This document shows positions 12,785 through 23,990 of a stretch of DNA of 64,000 nt, in pieces. Origin of the DNA: Mobula hypostoma (taxonomy: Eukaryota); NCBI RefSeq assembly GCF_963921235.1, contig NC_086109.1, positions 5,148,001 through 5,212,000 on the forward strand. Reading direction: 5' to 3'. Made by a program: the position numbers and the translations under genes. The number at the start of each line of letters is the position of its first letter. Position 1 is the first letter of the stretch. The notes under the pieces are model-generated. The model had not been told where the DNA came from. It searched no databases and saw only the letters and a list, made by a program, of their open reading frames with translations.

Positions 12785-15110
12785 TAAGAACATAAGTCCA
12801 TAAGACATAGGAGTAGAATTAGGCCACTTGATCCATCAAGTCTGCTCCACCATTCCATCATGGCTGATTTATTATCCCACTCAACCCCATTCTCCTGCCT
12901 TCTCCCCGTAACCTTTGACACCCTGACTAATCAAGAACCTATCAACTTCCGCTTTAAATACATCCAATGACTTGACCTCTACAGCTGCCTGTGGCAATGA
13001 AGTCCACAGATTCACCACCCTCCAGCTGAAGGAATTCTTTCTCATCTCTGTCCTAAATGGGTGTCACTATATTCTGAGGCTGTGCCCTCTGGTCCTAGAC
13101 TTCCTCACTAAAGGAAACACCTTCTCCACATCCACTCTATCTAGGTCTTTCAATCTTCAACAGATTTCAATGATATCCCCTTCATTCTTCTAAACTCCAG
13201 TAAGTACAGGTCTAGAGCCATCAAACACTCTTCATACATTAACCCTTTCATTCTTTGAATCATTCTCATGAACCTCCTTTGGTCCTGCCCAATGCTGCCA
13301 CATCTTTTCTTAGGTGAGGTACGAAAACTGCACACAATATTGCAAGTGCAGTCTGACCAATGCAAACTTGGCCAAAGAGCCACCAATTCTGTCATTAAAA
13401 TCAATGACATATAATATGAAAAGAAATGGTCCCAATACCAGTCCCTGATGTACAGCACCAATCATCAGCAGCCAATCAGTAAATGCCCCTTTTATTCCAT
13501 CTCTTTGCCCCTGTCCGTAAGCCAATCTTCTATCCGTTGGTATCCTTCCTGTAACACCATTGACTCTAATCTTGTTAAGCCGGCTCACTTACAGAACCTT
13601 GTCAAAGGCCATCTGAAAATGCAAGTAAACAACATCCGCTGACTCTCCTTTGTCTAGTCTACTTGTTATTTCATCAGAGAATTGTTAATTCCCTTTAAGG
13701 AAACATTGCTGACTTTGGGCTACTTTATCATGTGCCTCCAAGTACCTTGAAATCCCATCCTTAATAATGGACTCCAACATCTTTCCAACCATTGAAGTCA
13801 GGCCTGGTGGCCTATAATTTCCTTTCTTCTGCCTTTTTCCCTTCTTGAAGAGTGGAATGAAAATTGCAATTTTCCAGTCCTCCTAAACCATCCCAGAATC
13901 TACTGATTCTTGAGAGATAATGACTAATGTCTCCACAGACTCTTCAGCTACCTCTTTCAATATCTTGGGGTGTAGTTCATCTGCTTCAGGTGACTCATTC
14001 ACCAGAACTTCAGACCTTTCAGCTTCCCAAGCATCTTCCCCTTAGTAATAGTAACTACACTCACTTCTGCCCCATGACACTCTCGAATTTCGGGTATACT
14101 TATGGTGTCTTCCACAGTGAAGACTGACTCAAAATACTTTTTATGTTCTCCTGCCATTTGTTTGTCCCCTGTTACTACATCGTTTTCTAGTGGTCCAATA
14201 TCTACTCGTGCCTCTCTTTTACTATTTATATATCAGAAAAAAGACTTTTGGTATCCTCTTTGGCTAGCTTACCTTCAGATTTCATCTTTTCTCTCTTCAT
14301 GTTTTTTATCAGTTACCTCTGTTGGTTTTTAAAAGCTTTCCAATCCTCTAACTTGCCACTAATTTTTGCTATATTATATGCTGTCTTTTACTTTTATGCT
14401 GTCTTTATCTTCAGTTATCAGCCATGGTTGCCTCATCTTGCCTTCCGAATACTTCTTCAACTTTGGTATGTATTCAAATCCAAATGTGCCTTCCAAATTA
14501 CACCCAGAATCTCCGGCCATTGGTGTTCTGCCATCATCCCTGCTAGTGTTCCCTTCCAATCAACATTGGGTAGCTCCTCCCTCATGCTTCTGTAATTCCC
14601 TTCACTCCAATGTAATATACCGATACATCTGACCTTACCTTCTCCCTCTCAAACTCCAGGGTGAATTCTATCATATTATAATCACTGTCTCCTAAGGATT
14701 CCTTTACTTTAAACTCCCTAATCAAATCTGATTCATTACACAACACCCAATGCAGAATTGCCTTTCCCCTAGTCACAAGTTGCTCTAAAAAGCCATTCTA
14801 CAAATTCCCTCTCCTGGGATCCCGAACCAACCCGATTTTCTCAATCTACTTGCATATTGAAATCCCCCATGAGTATCTCAACATTGCATTGCCCTTTTTC
14901 CATCCCCTTTCTATTTTCTATTGTAATTCGTATCTCACATTCTGGCTACCTATTTGAAGATCTGCATATAACTCCCATTAGGGTTTTTTTACCCTTGCAG
15001 CTTATTAACCCTACCCACAAGATATCACCTCTTTCTAAGGATTTGATTTTTATCAGCAGACCCGTCCCACTCCCTCTGTCTACCTACCTGTCTTTTCAAT
15101 ACAAGGTGTA
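12785..15110 (-). mobile_element. Long degenerate CR1 LINE with internal deletions
   Basis: (CATAAGA)n tail at the left end; RT, endonuclease (LGDSDYNMIEF) and C-terminal motifs in broken frames. Confidence 0.8.
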
Positions 15111-16562
15111 TCCTATTTACACTCAAAGGCCCCTTTATTAAATACACCTGTATATGTGCTTGTTAATGTTGATCTCCTGGGAATTTTACACATCACAGCT
15201 TCTAGAATTCACAGAGAATGGTGCAAAAAATTAAAAAAAAACATCCAGTGCAAAAATGCCCTGTCAGTGAGATCAGTCAGAGGCGAACGGCCAGATTGGT
15301 TCAAGCTGACACGCGTTACAACAGTGGTGTGCAGCAGAGCATCTCTGAATGCATGACATATTAAACCTTGACATGAATCGGCTACAGCAGCGAAAAACCA
15401 CAAACACACACTCAGGAGCCAACTTATTAAACACAGGAGGTAACTAATAAAGTGACCTCTGAATGTGGGTGTATATATATGAAACAAGTATTGCAGAGAC
15501 CTGCATTTATTTGGTATTTTGATAAAAGATTCTGGATTTAAGGTGCAAAAGCAGTTAAGATGCCTTTAACTCAGACCTGGGACGCTCACAGTGACATTGC
15601 GTTATTTGGCACCTTACTGAGAGGGACACTGGACCATTTCTCTGTTAGATGATAAAGCTGAGATCTATTTTCAGATGAGAACCACAGATCAAGCTTTTCC
15701 AAACAGGTTGCTTGTTTTGATGTTACTTGTCCCACTTGAAGTGACCTTTCTCCTCAAACTTTGTGATGTGGCGCTGTGGGGAGGGAGAGGATCATCCCTC
15801 AATAATGACCGCCAAGTCAGTGCATGTTTCCGGTATCACACTGGTTCTGCTGGTGGGAGCTTTCTGTTTCCAGGTTTGTGACTGCATTCCCAAGATCACA
15901 ACAAGGTTACAGAACCTCACCCTTCAGCCCAACTAGTCTGTGCTTGCATTTATATTCCCCGTCAATCTCCTCCCTTCTTTCCTCACAACTAGATCCATTG
16001 GTGTAACCCCTTATTCCCTTCATGCTCATACCTTTGAACGATAGAACATTACAGCACAGTACAGGCCATTCGGCCCTTGATTTTGTGCCGACCGTTTAAC
16101 CTACTCGAAGATCAATCTAACCCCTCCCTCCTACATAGCCCTCCATTTTTCTATCATCCATGTGCCTATCTAAGAGTTTCTTAAATGCCGCTAACCTATC
16201 TACATTTACTACCACTTCCGGCAGAGTGTTCCACGCACTCACCACTCTCAGCGTAAAAAACTTGCCTCTCACCTCCCCCACCCCCATATACTTTCCTCCA
16301 ATCACCTTAAAGTTATGCCTGGGAAGGAGGTTTCTGGCCATCCACTCGCTCTAAACTTATCATCTTGTGCACCTCTATCAAGTCACCTCTCATCCTCCTT
16401 CGCTTCAAAGAGAAAAGCCCCAGCTCATAAGACAAAGTTTTTTTTTGAATGTTTATCCAGTCTCGTCTTAAAGACATCAACACCATTCAGCTCAACCACT
16501 CTCTGGCAGACAGAGTGCCACACTCTTGGGTAAAGACCTCTCTTGTCAGTTCTCTGTTCTAA

Positions 16563-16847
16563 GCAACGTTCCCTCTTAGATTTTTTCTACAACTGCGTGG
16601 CCAACCGTTGCTCGGAGCAGGAAATTTTTACATGGCCTGAAAACTGTGCAACACTTTAATTATTTATTGTTCAATATGTATACTATGAATATCTAGAATG
16701 AAATTTGAAAGATCACATACAACAAAGGAAATCTTTCACGTTTCGTAAACTTTTTCTAGCTGCGTTCAATTCCAGCTGTGCGGCAACAGAGGAGCATTTC
16801 AGTCACTGCACAGCAGTGTGCACCCGCACAGCTTAGAGAGAACAATG
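16563..16847. mobile_element. Putative hAT-type MITE
   Basis: Imperfect terminal inverted repeats caacgttccctcttag / cttagagagaacaatg. Confidence 0.45.
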
Positions 16848-17199
16848 ACTCTAACACAAAGCCATGAGATCACACATACCCACAAGGTAGACAGGTGTTT
16901 GAATTAGCGTCCACACTGAAAGCTGGACTTTTTGTACTTTTCAAACCCATTTTGATTGCAGAGACAGTAGCGCTGCATGTTTAGAGATAACAGACTGAAA
17001 TCCTGTTTCACCATGAAGAGTGGAAAAGATTTACAAATGATTGATTTTGGTGCATTGCAAAGTTGTAAGTAGCTGTGAAATGATCAGCTGATATTCCCCT
17101 ATCCCATAGTTTACAGAGCCATTGAGCCATTTCATCTACTTCCCACACCTCTCCTCCGTACTGGTCAGAGCAAGAACTGAGTTCTTCTTGTCCTCACCT

Positions 17200-17840
17200 T
17201 ACTGGGTGTCAGAATCTCTGAGGATCTATCCTGGGCCCAACATACTGAATCAATTACAAAGAAGGCATGACAATGGCTATATTTCTTTATGAGTTTGAGA
17301 AGACTCGGCATGTCACCAAAGACACTCACAAAGTTCTACAGATGTAATGTGGAGAGCATTCTAACTAGTTGCATCACCGACTGGTATGAAGATGCCACAG
17401 CACAGAATCAGAAAAAGTTGCAAATTCAGCCACCTCCATCATGGGCACTCGCCTCCCCAGCATCGAGGGCATCTTCAAAAGGCGATTCCTCAAAAAGGCA
17501 GAATCTGTCTTTAAGGACCCCAACACCCAGGACGTGCCCTCTTCTCATTGCTACCATCAGGGAGGAGGTACAGGAGCCCAAAGACACACACTCAATGTTT
17601 TAAGAGCAGCTTCTTCTCCACTGTCATCAGATTCCTGAATGGACAATGAACCCATGAACACTACAACGTTATTTCGTCTTTCTTTTTTCTTGCTCTCTTT
17701 TTGCACAACTTACTGGACTTTATATATATATATTTCTTACTGTAATTTATAGTTTTGTTATTATTATATATCGCAATGTACTGCTGCCACAAAACAACAA
17801 ATTTCACAACATATGCTGGTGATATTAAACCTGATCCTGA
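17200..17840 (+). mobile_element. Rex/Babar-type LINE 3' fragment (other copies ~6960-7265, 28490-29190, 36680-36970, 55690-56170, 58000-58410, 63610-64000)
   Basis: SLRRLGMSPKTLTKFYRCNVESILTSCITDWY motif. Confidence 0.75.
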
Positions 17841-19009
17841 CCAAGTCTTCATTCAAAGGACCAGTTGAGATTTTGGTCAACAACGACACCCAGAAAGCTG
17901 AATTCAGACGACTCAGAAACCTCGACTGTTTATTCTCCTTAGAAGCTGCCTGACCTGACGAGTTCCTGCAGTACTTTGTGTGTCATCTCATTACTTCCTT
18001 TTTATTACACTATTTCTTTACTTTTTCATCAGATATATGAAGTGTAAAAGAGAGGTGAGAATAGATATCGGACCACTGGAAAATGATGCTGGAGAGGTAG
18101 TAATGGGGAGCAAGGAAATAATGGATGAACTGAATAAGTATTTTGCAACACACATAAAAGTTGCTGGTGAACGCGGTATTTTGCATCAGTCTTCACTGTG
18201 GAAGACACTAGCAGTATGCCGGAAGTTCGAAAGTGTCAGGGGGCAGAAGTGTGTGAAGTTGCCATACTAGGGAGAAGGTCCTTGGGAAAGCTATGGTCTT
18301 TTACAAAGTATAGCAATTTTATACCTTTGCCTTGTACTGCTGTCTCCAAACAACAAATTTGACATTATACAAAGCAGTGATAATAAATTTGATTCTATTC
18401 TTTCAGTCTCAGTAAATGTCACTTGTTGATGCCATTGTTTCCAATTCATGGTTTATGACACACAGATCACCATTCAGTTATCTGTGTAAGAAATGTTCAA
18501 GAATCCTGGAGTGGTTTTCTGAATCTCTCTTCATCAAAGTAAAAAGACATCAGTGTTTTACTGGTTATTGGAACAAAGTTCAGATAAAGTCCGAACTGCA
18601 GGCCATGGATTTGGGAGAGCCTTTCTGTGGAAGTGACTAGGGACTCTCAGGACCAGATGAACAACAGGCTGAAAACATTTGTCCACATCGTTGTGCAAGA
18701 GGTGGTTTGTCGGTAATGAGGGGTGAATGAGTTTATTTACTTCTCACTGGTTGGGAATGGAAATTCACAGCAGGATCTCGTTTCACTTCAGATATGGGTA
18801 AACTTTCACCTACTTCTCTAAACTTTCCCTGAGATGTGTAATCCTGCTTTCTGTGGGCTAGGAACAAATAATAGCGGCAAAACAAAATTAAATACATCTC
18901 TACTATCTAAGAATCTGAAGCTGAAAATAAAAATTCAGGAAGCAGGTCCTTTTATAAATAGAAGATCTAATGCTATATACCGGGTTTAGATACTGTATAC
19001 AGTCAGTGT

Positions 19010-19474
19010 ATCCTTCTCTGTGGACTGTCACCTTGTCGTGGTGGAGAAGCTTGTGTGGTCCTGAGATCACGAGAGTGATGCCGTCTGGAGTTATGCTCCT
19101 GGTAGGGTCACCCATGGCGGTAAGGTCGAGGGTGAGGTCCCTGACAAAGAACAATCCAACCAAGACCTCAACGGTGGAACAGGTGGACGAAGTTACTTCG
19201 AACTCAACGGCTGTGAAGGCGGATGAAGGCTGCAACAAATCCATCAGCTCCAATCGTCGTGGTTTCCGTGCCATTGGAATCAGTTGGTTGATTTGTGAAG
19301 TATCGTGTGCCTCTTGGAGTGCAACATCAAGTACACGTTAAACAAATACAGGCACAGGCATCTTCGCTCTGTGGGCCACTTCTCCAAGATTGGACTCATA
19401 AGCCACTTGAGAGCCCATAAGTAGATCAACAGAACGAAGACCATCATCCTCGACCTCGAGGGATAGCCACGACG
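19010..19474 (+). mobile_element. RTE-derived non-autonomous element with HDV-like 5' fold, inserted in a Tc1 TIR
   Basis: 11-bp TSD ACAGTCAGTGT at 18999-19009 and 19475-19485; RTE-type 5' UTR (ggtagggtcacccatggc) and (CGA)n tail. Confidence 0.8.
19013..19157 (+). ncRNA. Candidate HDV-like ribozyme variant
   Basis: P1 CUUCUCU/GGAGAAG, P2 GGACUGUC/GAACAAUCC, P3 ACC/GGU, L3 UUGUCGU, J4/2 CAAA at 19145-19148. Confidence 0.6.
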
Positions 19475-19949
19475 ACAGTCAGTGTCCATTTTATTAGATA
19501 CAGGAGTGAAACTCGGTGCGGTCTTCTACTGCTGTAGCCCATCCACATCAAGGTTCAATGTGTTGTGCATTCAGAGATGCTCTTCTGCCCACCACTGTTG
19601 TAACACATGGTTCCTCGAGTTACTGTCTCTTTCCTGTCAGCTTGAACCAGTCTGACCATTCTCCTCTGACCTCTCTCATTAACAAGGCATTTTAGCCCAC
19701 AGAACTACTGTATACTGGATGAGTTTTTAAAAAAAAAATTTTTTACACCATTTTCTGCAAATTGTAGAGATTGTTTGGGCATGAAAATCTCAAGAGATCA
19801 GCAGTTTCTTAAATACTCAAACCACCCTGTCTGGCACCAACCATCATTCCCGTGTCAAAGTCTATTAGATCACATTCTTCCCCATTCTGATGTTTGGTCT
19901 GAACAACAACTGAACCACTTAACCATGCCTGCATGATTTTACACATTGT

Positions 19950-20535
19950 GAGGTGAGGAGAGGGCCTCTGTCGGTCAGAGTTGACTATGGATATTGTACC
20001 CTAGCTGTCTAGATACCCAAGCCTGGGCAGTACGATATGGAGAGCAAGCTGTTGCCATGTAGCAATCTCTCCATTTCCATGCATCTGATTAATCCAAAGG
20101 AACGGCAGAAACCAAAACAGTTTGGTACCAGCAGCGTTGCAGGAGTTGCCCGTCAGCATTGAACTCAATGTAGGTCCGCCTTAGGGACTCCAGCTCCGGA
20201 TTTTTCCTTCAGGGTTTACTCCCAAACCTTCCTCATGAGTGGGTAGCGCCGCAAAGCAGTGGAGGTTTGAAATCAGAGTTTTCCTTCTCCTCGATGAGCT
20301 TCCAACCATGGCTGACAAGCCCCATCTGCCCAAAGTGACTGGTTTTAAGGTGCTAGTAACCTGCCTTTGCCCCTTCTCCTGTCTGAAGAAATGGTTAAAT
20401 AAGTTACACGTGAAGGCCAGGAGGTGGACTTGGTTGTCAGAGGCTATTTGAGGCGCACACCATTGGGAGCATTTAATAGGTAATGAGAGCTTGTCCCCAT
20501 TACCACCCCCCCCCCCAGCTAGAACAACCTTAAGG
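19950..20535 (-). mobile_element. Third RTE-related short element family (second copy ~27525-28050 minus)
   Basis: Two colinear copies (ggttttaaggtgc.agtaacc...cccttctcctgtc; gagttttccttctcct.gatgagct). Confidence 0.6.
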
Positions 20536-20574
20536 AACCATTGAGCTGCTGTCAAATAATTGGCTGATTAGATA

Positions 20575-21213
20575 TGTAACGCTCAGGGCTATCGGCTCGT
20601 GTTTACCTAGGGGAAACCCTGTCTGCCTGGCAAACCATGTGTCTCACGTTTGCATAGTTGCTGTGTAACGCCACCTGGTACAAACTCACACATCAAATAT
20701 CAGACAGCACACAATGTACGATTTACAGATTACACTTTATAGATCTTACTGGAACTGTGTAATTAATAGAGATACAATATAAAAGGAAAGTAAAAGGCAC
20801 CAAACTTAGCAGAGTTCAACCACTTTTGTGCACAACCGTTGGAGCTCAGTTAACGGGGTCTTTGTTCCACCATTCCATCCCCGCTGACCTCCTTGACCTG
20901 CCACCTGGGACCAACCATGGTGGTCGACCAGAGCGTGCCCAGCATGTCTTTCCTCTTCGGTTCTCCTCCTGAAAAGCCCGCGATCCTCAGCTCAACACAC
21001 ACATACAAGATAGCATAACATGGCTTCCTTTGGCTAGCAAATGAATACAATTTCCATTATCACTAAGTATAACCCAAACATGCTGCCACAGAGAACTCCT
21101 TACTCAGCAGTTAACAGTACGAGAAACCATTTTATTTTAACACTTCAGAGAAGCCATTTTGTAATAGGCAATTAACAGGTAACAGTCCATCTAATATTAC
21201 TGAGAACCCTACA
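20575..21213. mobile_element. Solo LTR
   Basis: TGTAA...CTACA termini with 4-bp TSD GATA (20571-74, 21214-17), interrupting a Tc1 element at tggctgattagata|tttgcat. Confidence 0.75.
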
Positions 21214-21757
21214 GATATTTGCATAAACGAGCAGGTGCACCCAATAAAGCAGACACTAAGTGTATTTGATCAGAAACAGGCCTTTCATCCCAACTAGTCC
21301 ATGCTGACCAAAATGCCCCATTTACACAAATCCCTTTTTTTTCTGCTTTTGGCCTATAGCCCTATATATCTTTCCAATACCTGTCTAACTGTCATTCAAA
21401 GTTGTTGATGTCTCAACCAAGTAGATACCATCCTTTGAGCAAAACGTTGCCCCTGAATTTTCTATTAGATCTTTCCCCTCTCACCTTAAACCTACATCGT
21501 CTAGTTTGATTCCACAATCCTGGAAACCAGACTGTGTGTATTCACCTGATCGATACTCCTCGTGATTTTATGAACCTCTTTCAGTTCACCTCAGCCTTCT
21601 ACACTCCGAGGAATAGAGTCCAACATCTCCCTATAACTCAGTCTCTCATGTCCTGGTAACATCTTAACATCTTTGTAAATCTTTTCGTCCATGGCATAAA
21701 AAAGATTCGGTATCCCTGCTCTAAGTGTAGCCTCACCATACTGTGTACAATTGCACC

Positions 21758-22184
21758 GTCTTACTTACTTCCCATTGTGCTGCTGGCGTTTAGGGCAGCA
21801 ATTAAGGTCCTCTATCTCTGGTGGAGTTCAGGGCTTCCTTCATCCTGTCAGTAGCTTCCTCTTGGTTTTCATTGCTGTCAATCATGCAAATCCCAGGTGA
21901 AGGCTCTGAAATACCGCCGTGCTCAGACGTAGAAGGACTTTTCATTCCCGGTTCAGTAACAGTTTTTTTTGACCAGTCAGGGTTCTTAGCCCTGAGCTGA
22001 ACCCCTGAACCTGGAAGACTGGTGGACCACTCTTAGACTGGCCTCTACCCTTTGACCTGTTTGGCATGGGTGACCCTACAAAGAGCCAAAGTATAAAGCC
22101 CTGGCTCCAGCTGACATAGCTCTCTGGGTTATTGAGGCACGCAAGCCTCCAAACCCTACAACAAGGTTGTGGTCCTCTTGGAGG
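21758..22184 (-). mobile_element. RTE-derived non-autonomous element with HDV-like 5' fold
   Basis: TSD TGCACC at 21752-21757 and 22185-22190; (TAAG)n tail; same family as 8650-9081. Confidence 0.8.
22024..22184 (-). ncRNA. Candidate HDV-like ribozyme variant
   Basis: P1 CCUCCAA/UUGGAGG, P2 GGACCAC/GUGGUCC, P3 ACC/GGU, L3 UUGUUGUAG, J4/2 CUAA at 22036-22033. Confidence 0.6.
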
Positions 22185-22189
22185 TGCAC

Positions 22190-22990
22190 CATGACTTCCC
22201 AACTTTCATATCAAATCCCTGATTGATGAAGGCCAGCCTTCTTCCTCACCTACCAGTGACTCCACTTTCAGGACACCGTGTACTTGTATGCCAAGGTCCC
22301 TCCATTCCACAATGTTCATCAGGGCCCTGTCATTTTCTGTGAAAGTCCTATCTGGATGTGACTTTCCAAAGTGCAACACCTCAGACTTATCCTCATTAAA
22401 CTCTATATGCCATTCCTTGGCCCACTTACCCAGCAAATCAAGATCCACTAGCAATTTTTGACAACCTTCTTCATTGAGTACGATGCCACCTATAGGATGT
22501 GGAAACTGTAGCAATGGTGCAGAGGAGATTTACAAAGGTGTTGCCTGGATTGGGGAGCATGACTTATGAGAATAGGTTGAGTGAACTTGGCCTTTTCTCC
22601 TTGGAGCGACGGAATATAAGAGGTGACCAGATAGAGGTGTATTAGATGCTGAAAGCATTGATCGTGTGAATAGTCAGAGGCTTTTTCCCAGGGCTGAAAT
22701 GGCTAACACGAGAGAGCACAGTTTTAAAGTGCTTGGATGTAGGTATGGAGGAGATGTCAGGGGTAAATTTTTTATGCAGAGAGTGGTGACAGCGTGGAAT
22801 GGGCTGCCGGCAATGGTGGTGGAGGTGGATACGATAGGGTCTTTTAAGAGACTCCTGGATAGGTACATGGATCTTTTAAAAATACAGGGCCATGGGTAAA
22901 CCTAGGTAATTTCTAAAATACGTACATGTTCGGCACAGCATTGTGGGCCGAAGGGCCTGTATTGCGCTGTAGGTTTTCTATGTTTCTATT
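22190..22990. mobile_element. Two CR1 fragments (minus ~22190-22490; plus 3' end ~22495-22990)
   Basis: KWAKEWHIEFN.DKSEVLHFG and RVVTAWNGLP motifs; (TTCTATG)n tail. Confidence 0.75.
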
Positions 22991-23954
22991 GCAGTGTCAC
23001 CAGCTAAGTATTGATGATTTTGTTTTTGTTATTTTTATTATGCCTTTTGTTCAATACTCCACAAAAAAGCACATGGAGTGGATGTAATCGGTGTCTTGAT
23101 GCTGAGACTGTTGACTACTGTGCCTAGAGATGGGACTGAAGCCCTATTTGTGGGAGCGTTTCAGTAAACCTCCATCGGTTTCCACATACTTCAACCTTCC
23201 TGCAGTCTGGCCCAGGGCATCTGTCAGGTGTAGAACAACAAGTGTGGTTCAAAGAGCAGGCTGTGTCTCACAGCTGGGGTGAAGGGTTTGTTTATGGTGA
23301 ACAAACATGCCACGGTAGCAGGCATTTCACTGCGGTAAACTTTGTGCTGAAGGCTGTGTGGAACTCCACCACATGAGGCTTCCAACAAATTACAGAGGAA
23401 AATAAAATACTAAAAAAAATTATATACATCAGGTAGGGATGAATAGTTGTTCCTTCCTTGTGACTGGCATACAAAATTATCTGTCTTTTTTTTTAAAAGC
23501 AAGTTTTAAAATCAATTTTTAAACCAGTCCTGAGAAAGGGTCTCAGCCCAAAACATCAGCCCGTATTTCCCTCCATAGAGGCTGACTGACTTGCTGAGTT
23601 CCTCCAGCATTTTGTGCATTGCTCATGATTTCCAGCATCTTGAGAATCTCTTACATCTAAGTTTTTCTTCTCCTCACCTGCCCATCACCTCCCTCTGGTG
23701 CTCTTTCTCCCATCAGATACTTTCCTGTCAGATTCCTTCTTCTTCAGCACGTAACCATTTCCACCTATCGCCTCCCAGCTTCTCGCTGGTTGATTCTGAA
23801 ATGACCCAATCAGCCAATTACTGGGTAGAAACATTGAAACTCAGAACAGTATAACACAGACACGAGGAATTCTGCAGATGCTGAAAATTCAAGCAACACA
23901 CATCAAAGTTGCTGGTGAACGCAGCAGGCTAGGCAGCATCCCTAGGAAGAGGTA

Positions 23955-23990
23955 CAGTCGACGTTTCAGGCCGAGACCCTTCATCAGGAC
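23955..23990 (-). ncRNA. Minimal type I hammerhead ribozyme motif in a Penelope-like terminal repeat (best-preserved copy)
   Basis: Minus strand GUC-CUGAUGA-A-GGGUCUCGGCCU-GAAA-CG-UC-GAC. Confidence 0.6.

Noticed and set aside
23292..23400. AFSTKF peptide as an HSD11B1 catalytic exon
   Set aside because: Lacks the Tyr of YxxxK, is on the wrong side of G0S2 and has no supporting exons.
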